A stretch of DNA of 64,000 nt from Escherichia coli (GTDB lineage: Bacteria > Pseudomonadota > Gammaproteobacteria > Enterobacterales > Enterobacteriaceae): assembly GCF_003019035.1 (NCBI RefSeq), contig NZ_CP027447.1; one strand, written 5' to 3'. The position numbers were made by a program, and so were the translations under genes. Positions 1-9,387 of this stretch are shown here, one piece after another. Below the pieces are notes generated by a model, which ran no database searches, was not told the DNA's origin, and worked only from the letters and a program-made list of their open reading frames with translations. The number at the start of each line of letters is the position of its first letter. Within the stretch, counting starts at the first letter, position 1.

Positions 1-505
1 AAATCCCCTGATCTTCACGGTTGAGACGCTGCTTAACCGCTTCTTTGTTGATCATCTGGTTAACGGAGAAGTGTTTGCCAATATCGCGCAGGAAGGTCAG
101 CACATTCATATTGCCGAACCAGTCATAGTTGTTCGCCGCGATAGCAGAGTTTTCTCCACAGTCGAAATCGAGGAACGGGGCAACCTGCTTGCGGATTTTG
201 TCCACCCATTCCTGAACAGTTTCTTCGGTGTTCAGCTTACGCTCAGCAGCTTTGAAGCTCGGGTCGCCAATCAGACCCGTCGCGCCGCCTACCAGCGCAA
301 CCGGCTTGTGGCCCGCCTGCTGGAAGCGTTTCAGGCATAACAATGGAACAAGATGCCCCAAATGCAAGCTGTCAGCGGTAGGATCGAAGCCGCAATAGAG
401 CGCGATCGGGCCTTGCGCCAGTCGCTCTGCTAACGCTTCCTCGTCCGTCACCTGGGCTACCAGCCCCCGCTCTTGCAATTGTTTAATCAAGTTACTGCTT
501 GCCAT
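1..505 (-). CDS. tyrS: Tyrosyl-tRNA synthetase, N-terminal ~168 codons only (gene continues beyond window start)
   Basis: Reverse-complement translation from the ATG at 503-505 reads [19 protein letters not shown]...[14 protein letters not shown] (HIGH motif); no stop within window. Confidence 0.9.
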
Positions 506-633
506 CAAAATCTCCATGTATATAACGACTGCACCTTTGCCGGTACACGACTTTTCGCCAGATGCGAAAGAGACATAGAATAAAGTGCCAGAATCAGGAG
601 TACCAGCGATTAAAGCAAGATTTTTGCATCTTT

Positions 634-1290
634 TCAGGGGGCAAGACGATCAATCTTCCACGCATCATTTTCACGCTGGTACAAAAAGCGGTCATGCAGG
701 CGATGCTCACCGCCCTGCCAGAACTCAATCTGTTCAAGGCTGACGCGAAAACCGCCCCAAAAACTCGGCAATGGCACTTCGCCCTGTTGAAACTTCTGCT
801 TCAGCTCCAGGAATTTACTTTCAAGGATACCGCGGGCAGAAATGCGACTGGACTGCTTCGAAACCCATGCACCAATCTGGCTATCACGGGGGCGACTATG
901 AAAATATTTCATCACTTCGAGAGTCGAAAGTCGTTCCGCTTTACCGATCACCATCACCTGGCGTTCAAGGGTATGCCACGGGAACAGCAGGCTAACGCGC
1001 GGATTATTTTCAATTTGATGTGCTTTACGGCTGCCGAGGTTGGTGTAAAACACCATGCCTTTTTCGTCGTAATGTTTGAGTAAAACGATGCGCTGATAAG
1101 GCTGACCATGTTCATCCACGGTAGCGACCACCATCGCGGTAGGGTCCGCCAGTTTGGCGTCACAAGCCTGAGAGAGCCAACGTTCAAAAAGGGTTAATGG
1201 CTCGGCAGGAAGATCGCGGCGGCGTAACCCGCCTTTGGTGTATTCACGGCGCAGATGCGCGATTTGCTGCAATTCGTCGTTATCAGACAT
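634..1290 (-). CDS. pdxH: Pyridoxine/pyridoxamine 5'-phosphate oxidase
   Basis: 218-aa [30 protein letters not shown]..., recognised as PdxH; lies upstream of tyrS on the same strand. Confidence 0.9.
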
Positions 1291-1348
1291 GGTTTTCTTT
1301 ACGGATTGTCAGTGGGTGACGCTATTGTGCGCCGCCCCTGGAAAAATC

Positions 1349-1678
1349 TCAACGCTGTGGATTTTGTAACTGACAGTTATTCAAGACGATGCGGTCGCGT
1401 TTATAGACAGTCGCTTCCTCGCCTTTCGACCAGAAAACATAGATCCCGTCGGTGTAACGTGCACCAGACGCAGAAATGCCCTGTTTGAGATGCAATAGTT
1501 GATTATCATAAACAAAACTGACTTCCTGGCGCGGATTATTCAGTTTGACCGTCAACGGTTTTTCATCACACTGGTATTCCAGCGTATCGGTTTGCATGCG
1601 CTCAACCAGTTGATTGAACGCGCTACAGCCGGTGAGAAGGACCGGCAAACAGATCAGTAACAGTTTTTTCATAGACAT
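1349..1678 (-). CDS. mliC: Membrane-bound lysozyme inhibitor of C-type lysozyme (lipoprotein)
   Basis: 109-aa ORF with signal peptide and lipobox LLTGC; recognised as MliC/YdhA. Confidence 0.85.
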   Translation of the reverse strand: MSMKKLLLICLPVLLTGCSAFNQLVERMQTDTLEYQCDEKPLTVKLNNPRQEVSFVYDNQLLHLKQGISASGARYTDGIYVFWSKGEEATVYKRDRIVLNNCQLQNPQR

Positions 1679-1775
1679 ATCCCGAAGACTTTCCTGGTCT
1701 GGAGGGCAATACGCCCTCCCTAACGTTCCAAGTGTAACGGCAGACGCGGTAAGAAAAATTCAGTTAACTCTGATA

Positions 1776-2885
1776 TCACGGGTTAGCGGGGAAAATAGCC
1801 CCCAGTACCGTCTCCTGGCTTGCGCCAGTGACGGAAGGCAGATTTCCTGGTAATCCCGCCAGCGTTCGCCAGGCAAGCCAGGCGAACGCCAATGCTTCCA
1901 TGTCATCGCCACTAATGCCAACGGCATCGGTGGTGGTGACTTCTGTGCCTGGCAGTAATGCCGCCAGACGCGCCATGAGTAGCGGATTACGACTTCCTCC
2001 ACCACATACCATCAATCGTTCGCAGCCACCGCTCAACAAAACTTGTTCAGAAATGGTCACGGCGGTTAGTTCTGCCAGTGTCGCCTGTACATCTCGGGGA
2101 TCAACCCCCGGAAAATGGCGCAAATGGCGCTCCAGCCAGCCGTAGTTAAAGTATTCGCGTCCGGTACTTTTCGGTGCAGGTTGCGAGAAATATGGGTCGC
2201 TGAGCATATTTTGCAGCAGTGGGAGAATGACTTTACCCGCCCGTGCCCACTCGGCATCTTTATCGTAAGGTTTACCGGCCTGACGCCAGATCCAGGCATC
2301 CATCAGCATGTTACCAGGGCCGGTATCGTAGCCCCCTACCGGCTGCCCAGGAATGAGCAGTGACAGATTGGCGATGCCACCAATATTGAGCACCATTCGT
2401 CGCTCGGTTGGGTGAGCCAGCAGCGCATGATGGAACGCAGGTACCAGCGGTGCGCCTTGTCCTCCCAAGGCAATATCGCGACGGCGAAAATCACCGACAA
2501 CCGTAATTCCGGTGCGCGCCACAATTTGATTGTTATCGCCAATCTGTAAAGTGTGTGGTGCCACGCCCGTCGGTTCATGCCAGACGGTTTGACCGTGACA
2601 GCCGATCGCAACGATATCTCTCGCCTGCAGGTTTTGTTCCTTAAGCAAGGCATTGACCGCATCAGCAAAAAGTCGCCCGAGTTGAGTATCAAGTTGTCCA
2701 AACTGCGAAAGTGTAAGCTGCTGGCCCTGGCAAATATCCAGTACAGCCTGTTTCAAAGACACCGGGATCGGCCAGCTCAAACTTGCCAGCTGTGCGACCC
2801 GGTGTTCATCAATTGTCGCCAACACAACATCAACACCATCAAGGCTGGTGCCTGACATAACGCCAATAAAGCGGCCCGATTTCAT
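1776..2885 (-). CDS. anmK: Anhydro-N-acetylmuramic acid kinase
   Basis: 369-aa [26 protein letters not shown]...; recognised as AnmK/YdhH. Confidence 0.9.
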
Positions 2886-2994
2886 AGTTCATCCTTTTTC
2901 AATCTGACGTTTGCGCACCACTCAAACATAAACTTTTCGTGAATACTATGCGGAATGACCGATTTTTACCGTTGGTAGTAAAACATTATCTTCA

Positions 2995-3000
2995 AATCAA
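2995..3000. repeat. Target-site duplication, low-coordinate copy, (A)ATCAA
   Basis: AATCAA immediately precedes the TG prophage terminus at 3001; the same hexamer follows the CA terminus at 40272..40277. Confidence 0.6.
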
Positions 3001-3045
3001 TGATGCGCCGCGCGATAAACGTACCTATTTCCGTGAGATAAATTA
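3001..3045. repeat. Right-end terminal inverted repeat with two putative transposase-binding motifs
   Basis: TGATGCGCCGCGCGATAAACG...CCGTGAGATAAAT; motifs GCGATAAAC (3012..3020) and CCGTGAGATAAAT (3031..3043) are mirrored at the other end. Confidence 0.55.
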
Positions 3046-3078
3046 CATCGCCGCGGCATTTCAATATCAGAAAAAGAA

Positions 3079-3651
3079 TTACAACTCAGCTTGAGTTTGA
3101 AGTTCCTCTACAGGGTGATAACGATAAATCGTCGATATACCGATATCGTAAATAATTGCCAACTGTTTCCTGCTATAGCCATTTTTGATCAGCCTTGCTA
3201 TTTGTTCATGTTGCTCTTTTGTCAGTTTCGGACGACGTCCACCAATACGCCCCTGTGCACGTGCTGCTTCAAGTCCGGCCAGTGTTCGTTCGACTATTAA
3301 TTCACGCTCCATTTCCGCTAAAGCCCCCATGACGTGAAAAAAGAAACGTCCCATGGGTGTTGACGTATCAATGCTGTCTGTAAGACTACGGAAGTTAACC
3401 CCTTTTTCCCGCAGTTCCTCAATAAGAGTGATTAGGTGTTTCATGCTTCTGCCCAGCCTGTCCAGCTTCCAGACAACGAGCGTATCTCCTTCTGATAACG
3501 TTCTGAGCAGCTTTTTCAATCCCGGTCGGGCTGACTTTGTTCCGCTGATTTTATCCTCAAAAATCAGTTCACATCCTGCGCAGTTCAGTGCGTTTCGTTG
3601 TAAATCTGTATTCTGGTCATTTGTTGACACACGAATGTAGCCAATTTGCAT
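3079..3651 (-). CDS. Site-specific DNA invertase, serine recombinase of the Gin/Pin/Hin/Cin/Min family
   Basis: 190 aa from the ATG at 3649-3651: MQIGYIRVSTNDQNTDLQRNAL... with the catalytic Ser motif and a C-terminal HTH (GYSRKQLAIIYDIGISTIYRY). The track ORF extends further upstream from a non-ATG start. Confidence 0.9.
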   Translation of the reverse strand: MQIGYIRVSTNDQNTDLQRNALNCAGCELIFEDKISGTKSARPGLKKLLRTLSEGDTLVVWKLDRLGRSMKHLITLIEELREKGVNFRSLTDSIDTSTPMGRFFFHVMGALAEMERELIVERTLAGLEAARAQGRIGGRRPKLTKEQHEQIARLIKNGYSRKQLAIIYDIGISTIYRYHPVEELQTQAEL

Positions 3652-3705
3652 GAAAAATATCCTCTTTGTTTTGTTAAAAATACATAGCTGGTATAGGTGG
3701 GAGTT

Positions 3706-3930
3706 AAGACGAAAACGTTGGTTTGGGGGAAGGCTCTGCACTACCTGTTGGTGTGCCTGTTCCATGGCCGTCAGCCACACCGCCAACAGGGTGGCTGAAA
3801 TGTAACGGTGCAGCATTTTCTTCTGAAATGTACCCCAATCTGGCAAAGGCTTACCCCACGAATAAATTACCGGATTTACGGGGCGAATTTATCCGTGGCT
3901 GGGATGACGGACGAGGTATTGATGCAGGAC
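3706..3930 (+). repeat. Repeat copy A (~215 bp) starting with a candidate invertase crossover site
   Basis: GAAAACG-TT-GGTTTGGGGGAA at ~3706..3731 (core TT 3718-3719) resembles hix/gix half-sites (TTnnnnnAAACC); followed by the conserved tail-collar coding block GEGSALPVGVPVPWPSATPPTGWLKCNGAAFSS... Confidence 0.7.
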
Positions 3931-4184
3931 GAGAGATACTTTCATTTCAGGAAGGCACTATCGTCTCCGGTTTTGATGATAATGATACTGGGGATATCAG
4001 TTCACTTAGCTCAACACAATACGGATTTGGTGACACTCTAACCTCTAATCAATGGGGGGCCATAAATGGCAAAAAGTGGATATTTGATGCATCCAGTAAA
4101 GGTGCACAAAAATATGACTGGTGGGCTTATGTATCAGCTCGTCCGCGTAATATTGCATTTAATTACATCGTAAGAGCGGCATAG
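3723..4184 (+). CDS. Silent alternative tail-fibre C-terminal cassette A (tail-collar half plus variable receptor-binding end)
   Basis: 153 codons opening at TTG, no canonical start; shares the N-terminal ~68 aa and the terminal SARPRNIAFNYIVRAA with the expressed fibre; inverted relative to the fibre gene. Confidence 0.65.
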   Translation: MGEGSALPVGVPVPWPSATPPTGWLKCNGAAFSSEMYPNLAKAYPTNKLPDLRGEFIRGWDDGRGIDAGREILSFQEGTIVSGFDDNDTGDISSLSSTQYGFGDTLTSNQWGAINGKKWIFDASSKGAQKYDWWAYVSARPRNIAFNYIVRAA

Positions 4185-4402
4185 AAACGTTGGTTTGGGG
4201 GAAGGCTCTGCACTGCCCGTTGGTGTACCTGTTCCGTGGCCCTCAGCCACTCCACCAACGGGCTGGCTGAAATGCAACGGCGCAGCATTTTCTTCTGAAG
4301 ATTACCCCAAACTGGCACAGGCTTACCCCGCGAACAAATTACCGGATCTACGGGGTGAATTTATCCGTGGCTGGGATGACGGGCGAGGGATTGATGCAGG
4401 AC
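4179..4402 (+). repeat. Repeat copy B (~215 bp) starting with a candidate invertase crossover site
   Basis: AGAAACG-TT-GGTTTGGGGGAA (core TT 4191-4192) directly after the stop of cassette A; same conserved coding block. Confidence 0.7.
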
Positions 4403-4671
4403 GTGCTTTATTAAGCTTTCAAACTGGGATGCTGGAAAAACACCGCCATATTGTTGTAGCTAACGATGGGTATGACACAAAGGATGAATGGGAGTTGGCC
4501 ACAATTTTCAAAAAAACATATACACAAGGACGGGGACTTGATGCCACAAGTACAGGCGGGAGTCTGATCCCATCACCGACACTTCATTCACGAGGGAGTA
4601 TTGGTAACACTGGTGGTAGTGAAACTCGCCCCCGCAATATCGCATTTAACTATATCGTGAGGGCGGCTTAA
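4195..4671 (+). CDS. Silent alternative tail-fibre C-terminal cassette B
   Basis: 158 codons opening at TTG; conserved N-terminal block and terminal ETRPRNIAFNYIVRAA; distinct variable middle. Confidence 0.65.
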   Translation: MGEGSALPVGVPVPWPSATPPTGWLKCNGAAFSSEDYPKLAQAYPANKLPDLRGEFIRGWDDGRGIDAGRALLSFQTGMLEKHRHIVVANDGYDTKDEWELATIFKKTYTQGRGLDATSTGGSLIPSPTLHSRGSIGNTGGSETRPRNIAFNYIVRAA

Positions 4672-4677
4672 TTATAC

Positions 4678-5295
4678 TCAACTGGCTGCTGCCAGAGGCA
4701 TTTCCGGCCAGTTGATATCCGGTGCAGTGCTGATGTCAGTCGCATTAAGCGTATCTATGAAATCAAGCACGGCGTTTAGTTTTTCCGTCTCCTGGGGCGT
4801 CAATCGGCGTCCGGCTCGTAGTTTGAGATTAATAAGCTCAACAGATGCCATTGCCTGTTCCTCAAGTTGCTGACGATGCGCTCCGGCAGCTTCCAGTTCT
4901 GCTGCGTGCTGTCGTCTCGTATCTGTCACCCAAATCTCACCATCCCAGACATCATAGATAGTAGCTGGCTGTTTCACCGTCGTATCAGGAGGGTAATCTC
5001 CCGGTTGTGTGATTTGCACAGCGTTACCATTCTCTGTGCTGTAAACCGTTTCGCCTCTGTGGTCTGGAACATATTTCCAGATGTTCTGGTCGGTATCACG
5101 ACAGACAGCGAAGCCGGGGCGTTTTTCTGGTGGCGCGTCAATGCATGAGTGAGCCGGAATTCCAACACCATAAGCGAGATACTCAACAGTGGCAGAGAGA
5201 TATTCACGGTTTTCAGCATCGTAGTTATAAACGGTAATATCGCCTGCAGTTATAGCGATACCATTCTGATCAAGTACTGCAGCAGCATTATTCAT
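4678..5295 (-). CDS. Tail fibre assembly protein (Tfa; Mu U / P2 G-like chaperone)
   Basis: 205 aa with the Tfa-type C-terminus ...LNAVLDFIDTLNATDISTAPDINWPE...; its ATG overlaps the stop of cassette 3 (TAATG); the only tfa in the region. Confidence 0.8.
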   Translation of the reverse strand: MNNAAAVLDQNGIAITAGDITVYNYDAENREYLSATVEYLAYGVGIPAHSCIDAPPEKRPGFAVCRDTDQNIWKYVPDHRGETVYSTENGNAVQITQPGDYPPDTTVKQPATIYDVWDGEIWVTDTRRQHAAELEAAGAHRQQLEEQAMASVELINLKLRAGRRLTPQETEKLNAVLDFIDTLNATDISTAPDINWPEMPLAAAS

Positions 5296-5768
5296 TAAGT
5301 AGCCCTTACAATATAGTTAAACGCAATATTACGGGGGCGGTTTTCCGTTCCTGTATTCCCTCCGTTGGCACCTAATCTATAAACACCACGAGTGCCAATA
5401 GCACGTAGTGAAGATGGAACTTTTACACCTGACTCATCTGTTTTAACAATCCCGCCATCACCGTATGTAGCCAGTATACCAGGGTTTGTTCCTGCACGGG
5501 TGCTGTTTGCGGCAAGCCCTTCACCAGTCCATAACTCCATATAATGAATATGATCTATAACCGAATGTGATTGTGCATTAAGCAAGGAACGCCCTGAATC
5601 AATTCCCCGCCCGTCATCCCAGCCACGAATAAACTCGCCCCGTAAATCCGGTAATTTATTGGTGGGGTAAGCCTTTGCCAGTTTGGGGTACATTTCAGAA
5701 GAAAATGCTGCACCGTTACATTTCAGCCACCCCGTTGGCGGCGTGGCTGAAGGCCATGGAACGGGCAC
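5295..5768 (-). CDS. Alternative tail-fibre C-terminal cassette 3 (same orientation as the fibre gene, translationally coupled to tfa)
   Basis: 157 codons from a GTG; conserved block then unique variable region, ending ...RPRNIAFNYIVRAT. Confidence 0.65.
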   Translation of the reverse strand: MPVPWPSATPPTGWLKCNGAAFSSEMYPKLAKAYPTNKLPDLRGEFIRGWDDGRGIDSGRSLLNAQSHSVIDHIHYMELWTGEGLAANSTRAGTNPGILATYGDGGIVKTDESGVKVPSSLRAIGTRGVYRLGANGGNTGTENRPRNIAFNYIVRAT

Positions 5769-5815
5769 ACCAACGGGCAGCGCCGAGCCTTCCCCTAAAC
5801 CAACGTTTTCATGCG
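5588..5815 (-). repeat. Repeat copy 3 with candidate crossover site
   Basis: Minus-strand GAAAACG-TT-GGTTTAGGGGAA (plus-strand core 5802-5803) directly after the stop of cassette 2. Confidence 0.7.
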
Positions 5816-6147
5816 GCTCTTACGATGTAATTGAATGCAACGTTGCGGGGGCGTGTTTCTGCTGTGCCGACAATACTGGTACTCAGTCCTGTCGCTGTTC
5901 GTTTGTTATTTTTATTCCCTTCGATAAGACAGTTGTAATCGTCATTACCAATTAACGAGTTGGTGGCATCAATACCGTCCGGGGACAAGGCATTAGTTGT
6001 GGAACTTAAAGTCAGCATCTCGTCTGAACTTGGAAGATTTTTTAATGGGGTCTCATTACGTGAAATACCCGCATAAAAAAAGGACTCATGCCTGTGCGCT
6101 TCAAAAGAGTCATCCTGAAGACTTAGCAAGGCACGCCCAGCATCCAA
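5809..6147 (-). CDS. Alternative tail-fibre C-terminal cassette 2 (variable part; conserved block lies upstream at ~6135..6357)
   Basis: Track ORF opens at TTG within ...WDDGRGLDAGRALLSLQDD...; ends ETRPRNVAFNYIVRAA. Confidence 0.6.
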   Translation of the reverse strand: MDAGRALLSLQDDSFEAHRHESFFYAGISRNETPLKNLPSSDEMLTLSSTTNALSPDGIDATNSLIGNDDYNCLIEGNKNNKRTATGLSTSIVGTAETRPRNVAFNYIVRAA

Positions 6148-6358
6148 GCCACGTCCATCATCCCAGCCACGGATAAATTCACCCCGTAGATCCGGTAATT
6201 TGTTCGCGGGGTAAGCCTGTGCCAGTTTGGGGTAATCTTCAGAAGAAAATGCTGCGCCGTTGCATTTCAGCCAGCCCGTTGGTGGAGTGGCTGAGGGCCA
6301 CGGAACAGGTACACCAACGGGCAGTGCAGAGCCTTCCCCAAACCAACGTTTCTATGCT
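6135..6358 (-). repeat. Repeat copy 2 with candidate crossover site
   Basis: Minus-strand AGAAACG-TT-GGTTTGGGGAAGG (plus-strand core 6345-6346) abutting the stop of the expressed fibre gene. Confidence 0.7.
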
Positions 6359-7317
6359 GCTCTCACAATGTAGTTAAAGGCGATGTTGCGTGGACGAGTT
6401 ACATTAAAAAAGGACCCACTTAAAGCAGCTTTGGCACGACCAGCGACGTTACCCAGAATTGCATACCATAAATAATCACTCCTGTAATTCGTTGAAAATG
6501 TTTTATCGCCACCGTAATCAATACTATTTCCGTTACTCATATATGAAATATCAACTGCGGCATCATTGTCATCTCTACCACCAACCAAAGTACCTTTCTG
6601 CCACCCAAGCAACTGGCGACCAGGATCAATCCCGCGCCCGTCATCCCAGCCACGGATAAATTCACCCCGTAAATCCGGTAATTTATTGGTGGGGTAAGCT
6701 TTTGCCAGTTTGGGATACATTTCAGAAGAAAATGCTGCACCGTTACATTTCAGCCAGCCCGTTGGTGGTGTTGCTGAGGGCCACGGAACAGGCACACCAA
6801 CGGGCAGCGCAGAGCCTTCCCCCAAACCAAGGTTTTTGACAAACAGCGCAGGATCAGGAATATCTGCGCCGTTCTGGTCTTTAGCCAGCTTTTCCGCCAG
6901 CTTGTTCAGTACCGTAGTCGCAAAGTTTGGATCATTACCGAGAGCGTCAGCCAGCTCTTTAAGCGTATCCAGTGTCTCAGGGGCGCTGCCTGCAAGCGCC
7001 GCAAGTGCTTTGGCCACAAACTCCGTTGTCGCCAGCTTTTTGCTGTTATCGCCATTTGCAGGTGTAGGTGCTGTTGGTGTGCCGGTGAATGTCGGACTGG
7101 CTTTCTGTGCGTACTGGGTATGCGGGTCTGCTGCCGCGATGTGTTTCGCAAGGTCAGCCCCGCCTTTTTCAACCTGTTGCTTCAGGTACAGCGTGCGGCT
7201 GGCCAGTTGTTTACCCTGACGGTTAGAAATTCCGTCAGGTCCGCCCAGAACGGGGTCAGAGACCTCAATCTGGTAGATGCCGTCTTCCCACTGCGGGGTT
7301 TCGGGTAGATTTGCCAT
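6352..7317 (-). CDS. Tail fibre protein (constant N-terminal part fused to currently expressed variable C-terminus 1)
   Basis: 321 aa; N-terminal fibre region (TTEFV motif), tail-collar block from residue ~164, ends VTRPRNIAFNYIVRAA; position matches Mu S. Confidence 0.85.
   Translation of the reverse strand: MANLPETPQWEDGIYQIEVSDPVLGGPDGISNRQGKQLASRTLYLKQQVEKGGADLAKHIAAADPHTQYAQKASPTFTGTPTAPTPANGDNSKKLATTEFVAKALAALAGSAPETLDTLKELADALGNDPNFATTVLNKLAEKLAKDQNGADIPDPALFVKNLGLGEGSALPVGVPVPWPSATPPTGWLKCNGAAFSSEMYPKLAKAYPTNKLPDLRGEFIRGWDDGRGIDPGRQLLGWQKGTLVGGRDDNDAAVDISYMSNGNSIDYGGDKTFSTNYRSDYLWYAILGNVAGRAKAALSGSFFNVTRPRNIAFNYIVRAA
6612..6843 (-). repeat. Repeat copy 1, inside the expressed fibre gene, with the crossover site joining constant and variable parts
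   Basis: Sense-strand GTCAAAAACC-TT-GGTTTGGGGGAAGG (plus-strand core 6829-6830), a near-palindrome AAACCAAGGTTT resembling hix. Confidence 0.7.
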
Positions 7318-7319
7318 AA

Positions 7320-7898
7320 TTAACTGCTCCCGTGGTTGTAACTACCGTTATAACGGGTAGTACTGTTGTATCGAATGGCGACAGACTGATATTCCAGACT
7401 TGCCAGATGACAGCGAGCCGGAGCAAAGGCAGCAAGCGTCTGACGTAACAGCGCCGCCTGATCGTTAGTGATGGGTTGTTGAAGGATGACGCGATAGACT
7501 GCCCAGGCTTGTGCATCACCATGGACGAAAAGCCCGTTGTACGTGTGTCTGCCGTCATAGCCAATCTGCCCCGTACCTTCAATCAGATCCACTTCGCCGA
7601 AGCCAAAACGGCGGATAATTTCCCGGATTGACCACGGTGTTCCTTTATAGCGGTGTAGCTCGATAGCGGATTTGATAAGCATGCGGCGCACATCGTCCGA
7701 TTCCGCCAGTTCCCAGCCATCGCCGAACAGCGAGAACTGCTCGCCAAGCCATGGCAGCGCGGAACTGTCGACAATATCGACGAGACCGACCATCAGTACG
7801 CTCAGGTCGATGTTATCCAGCCGTCCGGCCAGTCTTCCCAGCGTTCTGAGACTGATATCACCCTCAAGCGGTGGCGGGAGTTGTAGCACCTCAGCCAT
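7320..7898 (-). CDS. Baseplate/tail protein (P2 gpI / Mu gp48-like)
   Basis: 192 aa; position immediately upstream of the fibre gene and resemblance to P2 gpI-type proteins. Confidence 0.6.
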   Translation of the reverse strand: MAEVLQLPPPLEGDISLRTLGRLAGRLDNIDLSVLMVGLVDIVDSSALPWLGEQFSLFGDGWELAESDDVRRMLIKSAIELHRYKGTPWSIREIIRRFGFGEVDLIEGTGQIGYDGRHTYNGLFVHGDAQAWAVYRVILQQPITNDQAALLRQTLAAFAPARCHLASLEYQSVAIRYNSTTRYNGSYNHGSS

Positions 7899-7976
7899 CG
7901 GACACCCCGGTCATGTTAAGAGTGATCGCCGTACAGTTTGCCCATTCGTTTTCTGCCACCACCCTCAGTGCCGGTG

Positions 7977-8993
7977 TCACCAGTTCGACCGGTACACCCC
8001 GGAAACGGACAACACGCTGATAATCTGGCTGGGAACAATATCGCGCCCCAGCGTGGCGGTACGGGATGCCACCCAGTTCTGTATGGCGCTGTTAGCGTTG
8101 TCCTTTACCAACCTTGCATCCTGATCACGATAGATCGTAATCCTGGCTTCAATGGTGTAATCCACCTGAACAGGTGTTTTAGCCCGCACGGTATCAGTGA
8201 GTGGTCTGACTTTTTCGTCAGAACAGAAACTCTCTACCAGAGTGAGGATACTGCTGTCCGGCAGACCAGTGCTGAGCAGCGGATACAGCTCGACAGTGCC
8301 GGGAGCGGGAGAAAGAACAGCAACGTCGACAATGCCGGGATGCGCCCCCATAGCATGAAAACGGTATGCACCACGGCTTCCGGCATTGGTGAATGACTCC
8401 GGGGCCAGCCTGATACGCTCCCGGAGTCGGTCATCGTCTTCCTGCTCTGAACCGCCAGAGCTGGCCGTCAGATTGGTCACCAGCAGGTCAATGTTATCAA
8501 TCTCATCGAGTAACTGACTGACCTGCGCCGGTTGCCAGCCGTTGCCAGCGGTACCCGGCTCGGTACAGGTGGCCGTGACATTGACCAGCAGCAATCCGGC
8601 CTTCAGCACCACATCTGTATCGGTGGCAAAAATAATACTGTCGGAAGCGCTGACGCGGGTGCCTGCCGGGATCAGCACATCAATGGCCAGTGCCTCATCC
8701 ACAGAGAACTGAAGTGTGGTGGTGGCAGGCTGCGCAGCAAGGCGGTATACACCGACCAGTTCACCGAGGTAATCAATCATCGGCTCCCGGGAAAAGGCGA
8801 CCAGATTCAGCTTCGCCGCCTCCTGTACCGCCACCCTGACCAGCATTTCGCGATAGGCCCACAGGTCTATCAGCAGACGTTCTGCCTGTGCCGGGTACAA
8901 CGTTTTGCCGGTATCCGCTTCATACTTCGCAATCATTTCTGCCGTGATTTTATCGGCATCGCGTTCAATAAAATCGGGTTCTGTCAGCGCCAT
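7977..8993 (-). CDS. Baseplate protein J-like (Mu gp47-like)
   Basis: 338 aa; gene order and size match baseplate J. Confidence 0.65.
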   Translation of the reverse strand: MALTEPDFIERDADKITAEMIAKYEADTGKTLYPAQAERLLIDLWAYREMLVRVAVQEAAKLNLVAFSREPMIDYLGELVGVYRLAAQPATTTLQFSVDEALAIDVLIPAGTRVSASDSIIFATDTDVVLKAGLLLVNVTATCTEPGTAGNGWQPAQVSQLLDEIDNIDLLVTNLTASSGGSEQEDDDRLRERIRLAPESFTNAGSRGAYRFHAMGAHPGIVDVAVLSPAPGTVELYPLLSTGLPDSSILTLVESFCSDEKVRPLTDTVRAKTPVQVDYTIEARITIYRDQDARLVKDNANSAIQNWVASRTATLGRDIVPSQIISVLSVSGVYRSNW

Positions 8994-9331
8994 AGCAGTT
9001 CCTGAGTACGGGGTTGTCCGTCTGAGCCTTTCCAGCTCACCCGGAGCGTAAGATGTTCGCCGTCGACGGCGGGTTTAACCGACATAAGCTGGCAGCGGGG
9101 TTCCCAGCGCCTGATGGCATCGACGGATTCGCGAACCACATGCGGAATGGCCCGGTCGACAGGCCAGTCGATATAAAGGTGCAGATTGCTGCCGAACTCC
9201 GGGCGATGCGGGTCGCTGCCGCGGGGAGTCCGCAGGATGATCTGGATGGACTGCCGGATATCATCCAGCCCCCGGACGATTTCGCCGGGAGCCTGCAGAG
9301 CTGGTTGCCAGAATACTGAGGTCGTTTTCAT
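8984..9331 (-). CDS. Baseplate wedge protein W/gp25-like (Mu gp46-like)
   Basis: 115 aa; size and position typical. Confidence 0.6.
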   Translation of the reverse strand: MKTTSVFWQPALQAPGEIVRGLDDIRQSIQIILRTPRGSDPHRPEFGSNLHLYIDWPVDRAIPHVVRESVDAIRRWEPRCQLMSVKPAVDGEHLTLRVSWKGSDGQPRTQELLWR

Positions 9332-9387
9332 GGAGGCAGTATTGCCCCCGGGAAGTAAGCACCGATATTAAAGGCGTTTAAGAAGGT

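Noticed and set aside
3652-3846. Upstream extension of the invertase ORF in the six-frame track (255 aa instead of 190 aa)
   Set aside because: The extension starts at a non-ATG codon and overlaps the cassette A repeat; the conserved serine-recombinase N-terminus begins at the ATG at 3649-3651 (MQIGYIRVST).
3706-6843. Five direct and inverted repeats that could be mistaken for a CRISPR-like array or simple tandem duplication
   Set aside because: The repeats are ~215 bp, protein-coding (tail-collar segment), in mixed orientation, and each carries an invertase crossover site; there are no short regularly spaced repeats with spacers.
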